64,000 nucleotides of DNA, from positions 1 through 64,000 of IMG/VR virus record IMGVR_UViG_3300021958_000045; one strand, given 5' to 3'. Shown here in pieces: positions 1-10,237 of this stretch (positions within the stretch are counted from its first letter, which is position 1; every line of letters starts with the position of its first letter). A model generated the notes under the pieces. It was not told the origin of the DNA and searched no databases. It worked only from the letters and a program-made list of their open reading frames with translations. The translations under genes were made by a program, and so were the position numbers. This stretch comes from a virus (Duplodnaviria; Caudoviricetes).

Positions 1-198
1 GGCCCTCCAGGCGGAAGCGGCCCTCCAGGTGGAAGCGGTCCTCCAGGCTCAGCAGGCCCTCCAGGTGGAAGCGGCCCTCCAGGCTCGGCAGGTCCTCCAG
101 GTGGAGGTGGACCCCCAGGTTCAGCAGGCCCTCCAGGAGGAGCAGGTCCCCCAGGTTCAGATGGACCCCTTGGCCCTCCTGGCCCTCCAGGAGATAAA
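1..198 (+). repeat. Collagen triple-helix repeat, (GPP-GXY)n; 11 of 22 triplets are Gly-Pro-Pro
   Basis: Direct translation: [66 protein letters not shown]. Confidence 0.95.
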
Positions 199-672
199 AG
201 TTGCATAGTAGAAACAGAAAATTTTGGATACAGAGCTTTATCTTGTGTTGAAGCTCCAGAAGTTTTATTTTTCGATAAAGTTACCGTAACAAATCAAGGT
301 AGAGGATCTATTCAATATAAAATTGATCCTATATTTATAGAAGCTTGCGAAGATAACTCTATAGAAGTCATGTCTCATAGTTGCGACAGACCAATTCTAA
401 TGTCCTTTAAAATACTACAACATGAAAACTCTGGTAGTTTTTCCTTTGGCCCTGATGACAACAACGATGAAAAAAATCAACTTTTGGTAGAAATTTCTCC
501 GAGAGATGAAGACTTACATCTTTTCTTAACAGCAAAAATTAACTTCTTAATAATGGGTACAAGAAAAGGATTTAGAGATCATAGATTAATAGAGAAAACT
601 AAAGACGAATTTGTTAAAAATGAAAATTTCTGGAAAACAATTGGTAAAGAAAATTTTGTAGTTGAAAAATAA
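1..672 (+). CDS. Collagen-like (Gly-X-Y) protein, probable tail fibre/appendage; 5' end truncated by the window
   Basis: Frame +1 is open from base 1 to TAA at 670-672, so the track ORF 370..672 is only its C-terminus. Bases 1-198 encode 22 consecutive Gly-X-Y triplets, followed by a globular C-terminal part ([15 protein letters not shown]...GTRKGF). Confidence 0.8.
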   Translation, partial: GPPGGSGPPGGSGPPGSAGPPGGSGPPGSAGPPGGGGPPGSAGPPGGAGPPGSDGPLGPPGPPGDKSCIVETENFGYRALSCVEAPEVLFFDKVTVTNQGRGSIQYKIDPIFIEACEDNSIEVMSHSCDRPILMSFKILQHENSGSFSFGPDDNNDEKNQLLVEISPRDEDLHLFLTAKINFLIMGTRKGFRDHRLIEKTKDEFVKNENFWKTIGKENFVVEK

Positions 673-698
673 TTTATTCTGTATATCATTTAATACAA

Positions 699-1550
699 AT
701 GAACAGGGAGAATTTCACTAAAGAACAATTTTTAATTAAGGCTAGATTAAATACAAATATTGGAGGTTTTGATATCATGCTTGATGCATATAGAGCCCCA
801 AAAGCGGTTACTAGATTTATAGACTTAATTATTGATGACTTCTATGTAGACACTATTTTTCATAGAGTTCTTCCAAATTATATCATACAAGGCGGAGGAC
901 ACGACGTAAACGATAAACATCACCAAAAAGAAATTCCAGAAAAATACGAACCTTTAGAAAATGAATCTTTTAATGGTCTTATGCATAGTCCTGCAACTAT
1001 TGCAATGGCAAGAAATAATTACCCAGACAGCGCAAAAGTACAATTTTTTATTAACCTTTCAGATAATTGGAGTTCAAATGCTAAAAAAGACAATCCAGGA
1101 TATACAGTGTTCGGTTTAATTCCTAGGGGAATGAATGTGGTTACTAAAATTTCTGAAGTTGATACAGAGTCAGAGAACCCTATTGACCCAATTGTTATAA
1201 AAAGCGTAAGTCTTAGCGATGAGTTCTTAGATTCAGAAGCTTACAAAACTTTTGTTAAACTTAAAAACGAAAAAAATAAATCATCTGAATCAAAAAAAGC
1301 TGCCTTTCAAGAGCTTATGGGAGAACCAGAACTTTTTTCTCAAAAGGTTAGCAAGAGTTTTGGCTCTGATTCTCTTGATTCTGCAGAAGAAATTTCTAAA
1401 GATAATGAAGAAGAGCAAAATGAAAGAGTATTAAGCCAGTCTAAAAAAATAAATAATGCCCAGCAAACAGCAGAAAATATGCTTAAAAAATTTACCCGCA
1501 ACTCTGGAAGCGATTCTCCCTCTAAAGAAAAACAATATCAAGAATTATGA
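699..1550 (+). CDS. Cyclophilin-type peptidyl-prolyl cis-trans isomerase with a charged, low-complexity C-terminal extension
   Basis: Cyclophilin motifs FHRVLPNYIIQGGG (catalytic Arg and Gln), TIAMAR, QFFINL and GYTVFG, resembling bacterial PpiA/PpiB. Confidence 0.9.
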   Translation: MNRENFTKEQFLIKARLNTNIGGFDIMLDAYRAPKAVTRFIDLIIDDFYVDTIFHRVLPNYIIQGGGHDVNDKHHQKEIPEKYEPLENESFNGLMHSPATIAMARNNYPDSAKVQFFINLSDNWSSNAKKDNPGYTVFGLIPRGMNVVTKISEVDTESENPIDPIVIKSVSLSDEFLDSEAYKTFVKLKNEKNKSSESKKAAFQELMGEPELFSQKVSKSFGSDSLDSAEEISKDNEEEQNERVLSQSKKINNAQQTAENMLKKFTRNSGSDSPSKEKQYQEL

Positions 1551-2194
1551 AAATAGAAGATCCATCATTTGACCCTTTTTCTCATCTCTATACTAATTTT
1601 CCAAAAAATAGAGATACCTGGAGAGTATTTCCAAACGCCTTAACTGAATACGAGCTAGACGCTATTAGGCAACAAGCGAATAAACTTACCATGAATAGCG
1701 GCAAGGTTTTTGACGATAAAGCAACAAGCAAAGGAGCATATGGAGAAAGTCAAGACGTTCTAAAATCTAGTCATGGAAGAATTAGTGAGGTCGGATGGTT
1801 AACTGGAAATACAGAAGTAGAAAATATTATATGGAAGTATATTTCAGAAGCAAATAAAACCTTCCAAGTTAACGTAATTAAATTAATGGAAGTTCAGTAT
1901 ACTTTGTATCATGGTCACCAAAAAGGTCATTACAATACTCATGCAGACACAAATTGGGTTTCAGGCAATCCTCTAGATAGAAAATTAAGTGTCACCATAC
2001 AACTTTCGGATGGCTCTGATTATCAAGGAGGTAAATTCGAAATGATTGATGGAAAAGATATACCAGAAAGCATTAGTAAAGGATTAGGAACAGTAGTAGT
2101 ATTCCCCTCTTACTTAAGACATAGAGTACAGCCAGTGACAGGAGGAACCAGAAAAACTATTGTTGCTTGGGCGCACGGGCCACGATGGAGATGA
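1547..2194 (+). CDS. 2OG-Fe(II) oxygenase, prolyl-4-hydroxylase-like
   Basis: HxD (HADT), RKLSVTIQL, YQGGKF, distal His (LRHRVQPV) and 2OG-binding Arg (GTRKTIV). ATGA overlap with the upstream stop. Confidence 0.88.
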   Translation: MKIEDPSFDPFSHLYTNFPKNRDTWRVFPNALTEYELDAIRQQANKLTMNSGKVFDDKATSKGAYGESQDVLKSSHGRISEVGWLTGNTEVENIIWKYISEANKTFQVNVIKLMEVQYTLYHGHQKGHYNTHADTNWVSGNPLDRKLSVTIQLSDGSDYQGGKFEMIDGKDIPESISKGLGTVVVFPSYLRHRVQPVTGGTRKTIVAWAHGPRWR

Positions 2195-2529
2195 TTTACC
2201 CACAAGAGATTATTTTTTTTATAGTTGGTGGATTAATGTCTTCTGGCATTATTACAATATGGAACTTTTCTTATATCAGTATTCATTTAATTGGGAGGTT
2301 TTATAAAGAAGAACACTTTGATGAAATTGATGACCTAGCATTTAGAATAGCTCAAAAACACCCCAAGCTTTCAGAACTTTTATTCTGTCCTTTATGCCTT
2401 GGATTTTGGGTTTCCTTAATTATAGCAGTCAGCATAACTTATATACATTCTTTTAGCTATTGGTATATACCGATGTGCGCTGCATCTTGGCCAATTTTAA
2501 TATTTTATTTTTATAAAAAATTCGAATAA
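2191..2529 (+). CDS. Small membrane protein with a CxxC motif (DUF1360-like)
   Basis: Hydrophobic segments and LLFCPLCLGFWVS. Start moved from the track's TTG at 2167 to the ATG at 2191, which overlaps the upstream TGA (ATGA). Confidence 0.55.
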   Translation: MIYPQEIIFFIVGGLMSSGIITIWNFSYISIHLIGRFYKEEHFDEIDDLAFRIAQKHPKLSELLFCPLCLGFWVSLIIAVSITYIHSFSYWYIPMCAASWPILIFYFYKKFE

Positions 2530-2762
2530 TGAATCAATATGACGTATATAAAGTTAGTAGGCAATTCTTTGCTTCGGGGTGTAAGCATTTAAATTTTAAA
2601 GAATGCGAAAAATTATGGAATGATTTTAATTCTTCAATCCAGGGGCCTGGATGCACAAGCTGCAAAAGAAGAAGAATGAGAAATAAATATTCCAGAATAT
2701 TAAATGAATTAATGACGAACTTAGAGTATCAAGAAGTTTTTCGATCGCCCAGCGCTGATTAA
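2529..2762 (+). CDS. Small Cys-containing basic hypothetical protein
   Basis: 77-aa ORF coupled to the upstream stop (TAATG); contains GCTSCKRRRMR. Confidence 0.6.
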   Translation: MNQYDVYKVSRQFFASGCKHLNFKECEKLWNDFNSSIQGPGCTSCKRRRMRNKYSRILNELMTNLEYQEVFRSPSAD

Positions 2763-2763
2763 A

Positions 2764-4407
2764 TTAAAAATGAGTTAAGTTTGAAATTCTAGCCGCATAT
2801 AACTGTTCGAGCGGCCCGCCTTTCATTCCAGCTTTAGGGATGATAGGGTATCCTTGATAAAAAGGATGATCTTCGGGAAGATTTTTTAAGTCCCATTTAT
2901 GAGAAAGATATCCATCAATAAACAATAATTTCTCATTATCAAAAAAGTTTCCATCTACCCCTGTTTGAGGGTACATAATCACTTCAGCGAGTTCAATATT
3001 TTGAAGCCTTTGTAGATGCATTTCTGTTCCAGAAGGAAAAGGATCTATATCTGCAAGTAAAGATTCATCTCCTAAAAATTTATTATTATCCCAGCTAGCT
3101 ACATAACCACTTTCTTTATCATAAACCCAATGAAAAACATGCCAATCTGTATCTCCCTTCTCTATATATACTGATTTATCATCGCTTTGTGTGTTCCCAT
3201 TTATTTTAAATTTAAAATAATTTTTATCATCTCTGTACTCTCCTAAAATCTCAATTCTATTACTTTCCCCAAGATTACCAAACTTAAAAAGCTCAAGTCC
3301 ATCTGTATAAACTTTTGCTGGAACATAATCATGATCTTTCATTCTCATTAATAAACTAATACCTAAATTATTTGTTGGCTTCAAGTCGTCGGCAAGAGGT
3401 AAAGACATTTTTTCTGCTCCCCAGTTTATTATATTACTTCTATCAATATCTGATAAATAACTTGTTGTATTGCAAAAATATTCATCAGTAACATAATTTA
3501 ATTCGTAACCAACAAAATCATGATGGTATGTAGGATTTACAGAGTTGGATCTATTTCCACTTCTCAATGTAAAAACGCTGGTAGGTTGCCTATAAATGCC
3601 AGTTCCCAAAACTCCTGAGCTTGCAAAAGGCTCCCATACTCCAGAATAAACTCCAGTTTGACGTTCTGTTTCGCCTCCTGAAATTTGAGGAAAAATCCCC
3701 GAAGAATCCATCCAGAGAATATTTTGAATATTAGCAGGGGTCCAAGGAGTTAAAGAAACATGATCTCTAGCACTTGCAGTATACTCAAATTCTGGATGAG
3801 TAAAAAACATTCCAGATACATGCCCTTTTTTTGAACAACCTCTTGAAACATTATTATTAATAGGAATTCCATTAATTGAATAGTTTTGGTGAGTGTCAAA
3901 AACATTCCCATTTATACTTATAGGTCCTTGAACTTTTTCGGAATATGAGAAAACATAATTACTATCTTGATCGTAAAGTTTTGAATTTTTACCAGTAAAA
4001 AATGTAATAAAATCAATCGAGTCCATTAATTTTGCTTCTTCTTTATAAGGATCAAGCATAAATGTTTTTTTCATATCTTCACTACTAGAACCAACAAATC
4101 CTTGTTCGTCGTAAATAGGTTCAAAACCTTCGTTGCTTAACCATTTTAAATATTCTTGTTTTGGAAAATCTTTTACAAAAGTTAGGCCATCTTCATTATC
4201 TGTATCTATAACTTTCAAACTTCCAGTAGGAATATTTGCAAAACCAAAAGCAAATCCTTTGCCTATTGAGTCGTAATCAAATACTGGTAGACTATCATCA
4301 ACTATATAATTGCTAGCCCCGTCAACTTTTAACGGGGCAATATCTATTGTATAATCAAAGTGTGCTCCCGTACAAGGAAAATTAAAATATTGATAATACA
4401 AAGGCAT
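2764..4407 (-). CDS. Putative tail fibre/tail-tip structural protein with a LamG/lectin-like C-terminal domain
   Basis: Last gene of the tail operon. Its C-terminal AEVIMY...IDGYLSHKWDL..LPEDHPF resembles the end of LamG-like domains in phage structural proteins. Confidence 0.5.
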   Translation of the reverse strand: MPLYYQYFNFPCTGAHFDYTIDIAPLKVDGASNYIVDDSLPVFDYDSIGKGFAFGFANIPTGSLKVIDTDNEDGLTFVKDFPKQEYLKWLSNEGFEPIYDEQGFVGSSSEDMKKTFMLDPYKEEAKLMDSIDFITFFTGKNSKLYDQDSNYVFSYSEKVQGPISINGNVFDTHQNYSINGIPINNNVSRGCSKKGHVSGMFFTHPEFEYTASARDHVSLTPWTPANIQNILWMDSSGIFPQISGGETERQTGVYSGVWEPFASSGVLGTGIYRQPTSVFTLRSGNRSNSVNPTYHHDFVGYELNYVTDEYFCNTTSYLSDIDRSNIINWGAEKMSLPLADDLKPTNNLGISLLMRMKDHDYVPAKVYTDGLELFKFGNLGESNRIEILGEYRDDKNYFKFKINGNTQSDDKSVYIEKGDTDWHVFHWVYDKESGYVASWDNNKFLGDESLLADIDPFPSGTEMHLQRLQNIELAEVIMYPQTGVDGNFFDNEKLLFIDGYLSHKWDLKNLPEDHPFYQGYPIIPKAGMKGGPLEQLYAARISNLTHF

Positions 4408-7400
4408 TAGAATGAAAAATTTCCATTGTGTAACTTAACAGAAGATTGAAGGCTTTGCTGATTAATATCAAACGAAGTTAAATCTGCAGATTTTGTTTCT
4501 GCGCCAGGAATATGCATAGAATAATCAGTAGTATTACTATCCATAGAATAATTAAATTGTTGGTGCAGTGCAGCATTATAACCTCCTGCAGCTCTAATAG
4601 CTTCTCTACTTAATTGAAATGTTGTCATAACCGACCCATCTTTTTGTATGCTTACGGTATAAGATTGCAATCCTTGCTCAACAGCTGGTAAATTTGGAGT
4701 ACTTTGTCCGCAGGTTGTGACACTATAAGAACTCTCTGGATCAAGTTCTTGATCTACCATGTCTCTTACAGCTTTAGAAAGTTGCCTTCCAATATCAAAC
4801 CAATTTATTCCTTCGTTTAGGCTTCTCCAAGGTTCAGTATTACCATAACAATCCAAAGTTCTCCAAAGTATTTGTCCATCAAGCTTTTGATGTTGAAATT
4901 GAAATTTAAATGCTTGGCTATTACAATTTGGGAGATCAATATGTTGGCTATAAAAATGTCTTGCTCTTAAAGCTTCAAATTTAATTGTCTTATATCTTTT
5001 TTTTCCAAGGTTTTCTAGATCTTGATTTAAAATAATGTTATCTAGAGACTGATCTAAAGAATCCGCCGCCGCAGCGTTTTCGCCAAGCCCTTTTTTAGTT
5101 TTAACAACATTTTTTAAAGTCTTCATTGGATTCATTATAACTCCAACAGTAACTTGTTGCATGACATATCTTACGACATCGGGTCCCGTTTTGTCAACTT
5201 TGGTGTCAACACCTCCAGCTATTGATGCCATCCATTCATTAGCAATAGGTAATTCTGGTTCTTTTTGCAGAGAGTCCCAAACAACTATACCTTTTGGCTC
5301 TCCTCTTGCACAAAGTTCTTTAGCTTTTAAATTAGCGGCAGCTATTTCATCGCCCTCCATACCTTCACCATTTTTAAAAGCTTCTTCTTCTTCTGATTCG
5401 TCACTAACACCCCCTTTGTCTCCAGTAATATTTCTATACTTCATTCTATATGCGAGTTGCAAAAATTGAGTAACGCTAAGATCACTAACCCTATCAAACG
5501 TATCTTTATATTCCTTTCCTGCAGCTATTGCTTCCTCTCTCTCTGTTTCTTGCTTTATAGTTCCTTTTTTACGTATTCCTCCAGTTAATTCCCACTCTTT
5601 TAATCTATCTCCATATATCCTTTCATATATACCAGAAAACACTGTATTTCTAACAGATAATCTTTTATCATACCATATTAGATTACCATGAGGAGGATGA
5701 TAAGTTCTATAACTATGCTGCCTTTCAGTCATTAATGAAGCTCCGCCCCCGCCATTGCCCCTACCATCTGCCAAAACCCACCATCTTCCGACGCTTAAAG
5801 CTAATGTAGTTAATAATTCTGCTCTATCTGCTGCGGCTCCACCAGCCCATTGACCTCCTTGAACCTGACCTTTTAATGGAGAATCTGCTCCGTTTGGACC
5901 AGGAGCCTCTTTATCGTTTTTTAATTTTAAACATTCTAGGTTTTGTCCTGCATCTAAGGCTAAAATTTGTCTACCTCCTCCTCTAGGAGGCTTAATTTCT
6001 TGATTTTTATTCGAACCATCATTTAGCAAAACTTTGTCAAAAGCAGCTTTAACAGAATTATGTTCATAATCCAATATAGCTGGAAACAAACATGGAAAAA
6101 GTTTATTAACTGCATTATTTGGACTAATTTTCATGCGATCTCCGCCCTTAACTTTTATAACTCCGCTTTGTACACATTTCATTTTTATGTTATGCCCAAG
6201 TTTCGTTGAAGCATCGCTTTTGACTGCTTGAGGAGAAAAAAGCTTTACTTCTCCATTTACTTTATTTTCTCTCAATCTTTTTAAATGAATATAAACGCTC
6301 AACCCTTGCCAGTTTTGCCAAATAGAATCTAAAACAGACATTTTTAAAAGTCTTTTTAATTGAGAAATATATTTATCACTCATACCTTCAAAATACATAG
6401 ATGTGAACTTGCTGTTCATTAATATTCTTACGCTATCATCTTCCCATGTAATTTCATCTGACCCATCTCCATTTCCAGCATTTTGTGGCCCATTAGCTTT
6501 AGGTTGAGCCTGCGAATCATCCTTAGGTCCTGCTGGATTTTCTGGGTCACAAACTGGTAAAGGTATGCCTAACAAGTCCACGCCTAAAAACCTGGCATTA
6601 AATTCTTTCAAATAATTATCGTCATGCAACCAAGTGGCCCAGCCTCCCATATCTTTTGTATTTGTAATAGACACTTTCTCCTTTATACTTCTAATAGAAC
6701 ATTGACTCCCTATTCTTGTAGCTGCAGCTTTTGTTATTCTTGGTAATTCATTTAAAGCATCTAATTGACCTTCTGCATTTGCGTATAAAAACCATTTACA
6801 TGCACCTGCCAAGGATACTATAATATCCAAAGCGTTACCGCTAGTACTTAAAAATTTAAGTTTAGGATTTGGGTCACTAGCTAGCAATTGTTTAAGTCCA
6901 GGCCCTATTAATCTTTGTAATTTTGGGTCAGAAGCAATCCATGTAGAATTATAAAAAACATACTCTTCTGAAATCTTTTTATACTCTGGGCCATGACTAT
7001 TCCTACCTCCCGTATTTCCATCTGCATCCCCACCTATATATATTGTCGGTGATGGCCCTAATCTTAATGTATCCGAATCCAATCTATTTGGAGCTCCAGG
7101 AGCTTTATGGTAAACGGTTCCATAAACAGACACGCACCCCGTACCAAGTCTATCTCCTATAAGCTTAGAAGAAAAAGACCCAAACTTAACTAATTGCCTG
7201 CATACAATTAAATGTCTTTGCAAATCAATAATCTTTTTATCTTGAAACCTTGCGGTTAATATTTTCCCCCCAATGCTTTGATCGATTTCAAAATCTGTCA
7301 AAACTTGTTCTCGAATTAAACTACTTATACCTACATTGGTAGATATATTTAAATCAATATTCCTAATATCAATATCATATTCACCATCAGGATTTACAAA

Positions 7401-7634
7401 TTTAACTGTATGAATTCCTGGCCTGCCGCCAAAACCTCCTTGAAATGTCACATCGTATGGAGTTGCACCAAATAAAGTTCCAGGAATAATGCAATTTTTA
7501 CCTTTTTGAGCAGAAACATTATTACTATAACTTAAAGGATTATAATTACTTATTGTACTTCCATCTACATTAGATACGTGAATATTAGGAACGCCTAATT
7601 CAGCAGGAATAAAATCTTCATCTTCTTCGCTCAT
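4407..7634 (-). CDS. Large putative tail-tip/hub structural protein (1075 aa)
   Basis: Long ORF in the post-TMP block with stop/start coupling to its neighbours. No specific family recognised. Confidence 0.45.
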   Translation of the reverse strand: MSEEDEDFIPAELGVPNIHVSNVDGSTISNYNPLSYSNNVSAQKGKNCIIPGTLFGATPYDVTFQGGFGGRPGIHTVKFVNPDGEYDIDIRNIDLNISTNVGISSLIREQVLTDFEIDQSIGGKILTARFQDKKIIDLQRHLIVCRQLVKFGSFSSKLIGDRLGTGCVSVYGTVYHKAPGAPNRLDSDTLRLGPSPTIYIGGDADGNTGGRNSHGPEYKKISEEYVFYNSTWIASDPKLQRLIGPGLKQLLASDPNPKLKFLSTSGNALDIIVSLAGACKWFLYANAEGQLDALNELPRITKAAATRIGSQCSIRSIKEKVSITNTKDMGGWATWLHDDNYLKEFNARFLGVDLLGIPLPVCDPENPAGPKDDSQAQPKANGPQNAGNGDGSDEITWEDDSVRILMNSKFTSMYFEGMSDKYISQLKRLLKMSVLDSIWQNWQGLSVYIHLKRLRENKVNGEVKLFSPQAVKSDASTKLGHNIKMKCVQSGVIKVKGGDRMKISPNNAVNKLFPCLFPAILDYEHNSVKAAFDKVLLNDGSNKNQEIKPPRGGGRQILALDAGQNLECLKLKNDKEAPGPNGADSPLKGQVQGGQWAGGAAADRAELLTTLALSVGRWWVLADGRGNGGGGASLMTERQHSYRTYHPPHGNLIWYDKRLSVRNTVFSGIYERIYGDRLKEWELTGGIRKKGTIKQETEREEAIAAGKEYKDTFDRVSDLSVTQFLQLAYRMKYRNITGDKGGVSDESEEEEAFKNGEGMEGDEIAAANLKAKELCARGEPKGIVVWDSLQKEPELPIANEWMASIAGGVDTKVDKTGPDVVRYVMQQVTVGVIMNPMKTLKNVVKTKKGLGENAAAADSLDQSLDNIILNQDLENLGKKRYKTIKFEALRARHFYSQHIDLPNCNSQAFKFQFQHQKLDGQILWRTLDCYGNTEPWRSLNEGINWFDIGRQLSKAVRDMVDQELDPESSYSVTTCGQSTPNLPAVEQGLQSYTVSIQKDGSVMTTFQLSREAIRAAGGYNAALHQQFNYSMDSNTTDYSMHIPGAETKSADLTSFDINQQSLQSSVKLHNGNFSF

Positions 7635-7636
7635 AA

Positions 7637-10237
7637 TTATTTCTTATGCCTTTTTCTGAAAGTAATTATTTCTCCCCCCAATGATTCCGATCTAGTTTCC
7701 GCATCATTATTACTTTCATAACTGCTAGTGGAAGTATCAATATTATTACTTGAGTCAGGTAATGGATAAAACAAAATGTCTGCTATTTTTTTAGAATTTT
7801 CATATAACTTTTTCTCCGTAACACTACCTTTTCTAGATCTACGACCTCTAACTTGCTTACTTTTAATAACTTTTGTATTCTCTGTGGAAGTATCTACTAT
7901 ATTTCCAGCGTCATCCAAAACGTATTCTAACGCCCAATTTTCTCCATATTCAGGTGATTCGTAAAGGTTCATTTCAGTTGGTTGTTGATCGCTATAAGTT
8001 ACACTATTATTATATGTCGTAAAGGACTCTGTTTCTATTATAAAAGCCTTTCCTTGCTCAAGCAAATCTATATCAGAATGATAAATATGAGCTTTAGGAT
8101 CCAATCTAACGCCGTTAAGGTAAGAAACATTAGAATATGGAATAAAAGGTTTTTCTTTTTTCAAATCAAACATTTCTCTACCTCCCTCAATTTCATGAAA
8201 AGTATTGTCTTCATCTCTATAAAAAGACCTCTCTGAATAAAAATATCCAGAAGACTGACTAAAGAAATTATCTGGATCCACCATTTGAAAATTATCAAAC
8301 TCATCAAAATAATAAGACTCTCCAGAGATTAATTTTTGTCCATTAAAAAATATTTTATCAGCTTTTTCAATTTGTTTTCCAAAGCCTCCTGTCCATTGAC
8401 TATACATTTCATAATTTGCCCACACACCCGTAGATGGAACATCTTCTAAAACATCAACAACAGGATGGTCAACTAAAAGAGATATATTCTCATCATTATA
8501 CATTATTTTATTTATTCCTACGTCAACAGTTCCAATGGGCCAATTATATATTCCAAAATTTCCAGAAACAAGTTCCCAACTATCTTGGCTAGTATTACAA
8601 TCGTCATCAATAAATTTCAAGTCTCCCCAAGACTGACTAATTCCATTGACGTATAAAGCAATTTTATTATAATCATATTCTAGGTCACTAGAGAATGAAA
8701 CTGATATAGCAGGATCAAATTTATTGAAAGACTCTATATCTGCAAAGTTATTAATAGAAAAAGGATTAATACCTTGAAAATGCTCTAAATAATCAGTTCT
8801 CTTATTCCTTGCTCCCAAATAAGTATACCTTGTTGGCCCAAATCCATTTTCTCCATCAGGAGCAATTAAAGGAAATACCCCAGACATAATGTACTCTCCA
8901 TTATCTTTCAAAAAAGTTCCAGGCTCAGAATATATTGGGTCATATTTATAAACATCATATAATTTTCCCTCTATTCCAGAATGGTAATATAAAGGCTCTG
9001 AAGAAATACCTATGTCAGACCATGAATATTGCTTGTTCTCAAAAGTATTATTAAATCCAGTAATTACGTTGCTTAAATTACCTGGAGCAGTTTTTGTAAT
9101 ATATATTCCAGATATATTAGGGTTTCCACCAACATTTAAATTATCTACATATTCTGTATCAAGCTCATAGTATTTATCTCCAGTAGATATACTACCTTTC
9201 ATTTCGTGTGAAATTATCTGACTATAATCTGCAATATAGTTTTTATAACCTGTAATTACATCTTCGTATTTAACTATACCAGATATGCTATAATCAATAG
9301 ATTTTTCATAACCAATGACCCCCCCTTCATAATTTTCATATAATCTCGGAATATAATCAACTCGCTCATATAAACTTTTAATAAAGTCTACCTTAGAATG
9401 ATCTGCCAAAGGCCCATTAAAATATAAAAATTTATCTATATAACTTTCACACTTATAAGGTTCTTCTTGATAATTTATTCCTTCATCTCCCCTATAAGTT
9501 CCAGACCCAACTACCCAACTTAAATTATTACCTTTAAAACATTCGCAAGCTTCAAAATAAATTGACTTACTTAATAACCTTTCTTCAAATCCATCCCACC
9601 TACTTAAAACTAATTTATTATTAAGCGTATCAATGTCTACAATATAAATATTTTTATTATAATTGACAGTATTTAATGTTGCGACTTGAGAACCATAATC
9701 CTCTGTCCATTCTAAGTATAATTTATTAGCGCTATTTACTCCAATCTCAAAACCTAAATTAGTATATTTATTAATTGAACTAAATAAAATTTCTGGCTTC
9801 TTTGATTTTTTTGTATAACTAAAAATAAAAGTGGATTCCCCATGAGTAAAATTCCTACTGTTATTTATACTTATTGCGCATCCTGAAAAATTAGCCCCAA
9901 GACTACTATAACCTTGATTAAAATGTCCAGTTACATTACTATAATCTCCTATAAAAAATCCGCTATTATATGAAGCCAACTCTACATCAACTCCATATTC
10001 CTGAATTAGCTCTATAGTAGAATTATAATCTTGAAAATTATTTACAACAGCCTTGTCTGAATTATAATAAATTTCATCTCGCTGAATATAATTTCCAGAC
10101 GAATCAACTTCGGGAGGCCTCGAATCATATACGTAACAACTTTTATTAGCGATATTATTATAAAATCCAGAATGCGAAAAGTCATAATACGCCTGCAAAT
10201 ATGTATTTTCATAAGCTGATGGATTAGTATAACTCAT
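7637..10237 (-). CDS. Putative tail structural protein (866 aa, Tyr/Asn/Ser-rich, predicted beta-rich)
   Basis: Position in the post-TMP block, composition, and recurring [FY]xNG motifs (LYVNG, IFFNG, SYLNG). Confidence 0.45.
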   Translation of the reverse strand: MSYTNPSAYENTYLQAYYDFSHSGFYNNIANKSCYVYDSRPPEVDSSGNYIQRDEIYYNSDKAVVNNFQDYNSTIELIQEYGVDVELASYNSGFFIGDYSNVTGHFNQGYSSLGANFSGCAISINNSRNFTHGESTFIFSYTKKSKKPEILFSSINKYTNLGFEIGVNSANKLYLEWTEDYGSQVATLNTVNYNKNIYIVDIDTLNNKLVLSRWDGFEERLLSKSIYFEACECFKGNNLSWVVGSGTYRGDEGINYQEEPYKCESYIDKFLYFNGPLADHSKVDFIKSLYERVDYIPRLYENYEGGVIGYEKSIDYSISGIVKYEDVITGYKNYIADYSQIISHEMKGSISTGDKYYELDTEYVDNLNVGGNPNISGIYITKTAPGNLSNVITGFNNTFENKQYSWSDIGISSEPLYYHSGIEGKLYDVYKYDPIYSEPGTFLKDNGEYIMSGVFPLIAPDGENGFGPTRYTYLGARNKRTDYLEHFQGINPFSINNFADIESFNKFDPAISVSFSSDLEYDYNKIALYVNGISQSWGDLKFIDDDCNTSQDSWELVSGNFGIYNWPIGTVDVGINKIMYNDENISLLVDHPVVDVLEDVPSTGVWANYEMYSQWTGGFGKQIEKADKIFFNGQKLISGESYYFDEFDNFQMVDPDNFFSQSSGYFYSERSFYRDEDNTFHEIEGGREMFDLKKEKPFIPYSNVSYLNGVRLDPKAHIYHSDIDLLEQGKAFIIETESFTTYNNSVTYSDQQPTEMNLYESPEYGENWALEYVLDDAGNIVDTSTENTKVIKSKQVRGRRSRKGSVTEKKLYENSKKIADILFYPLPDSSNNIDTSTSSYESNNDAETRSESLGGEIITFRKRHKK

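Noticed and set aside
370-672. Track ORF as a stand-alone 100-aa gene
   Set aside because: The same frame is open from base 1 and includes the collagen repeat, so this is the C-terminus of a truncated gene.
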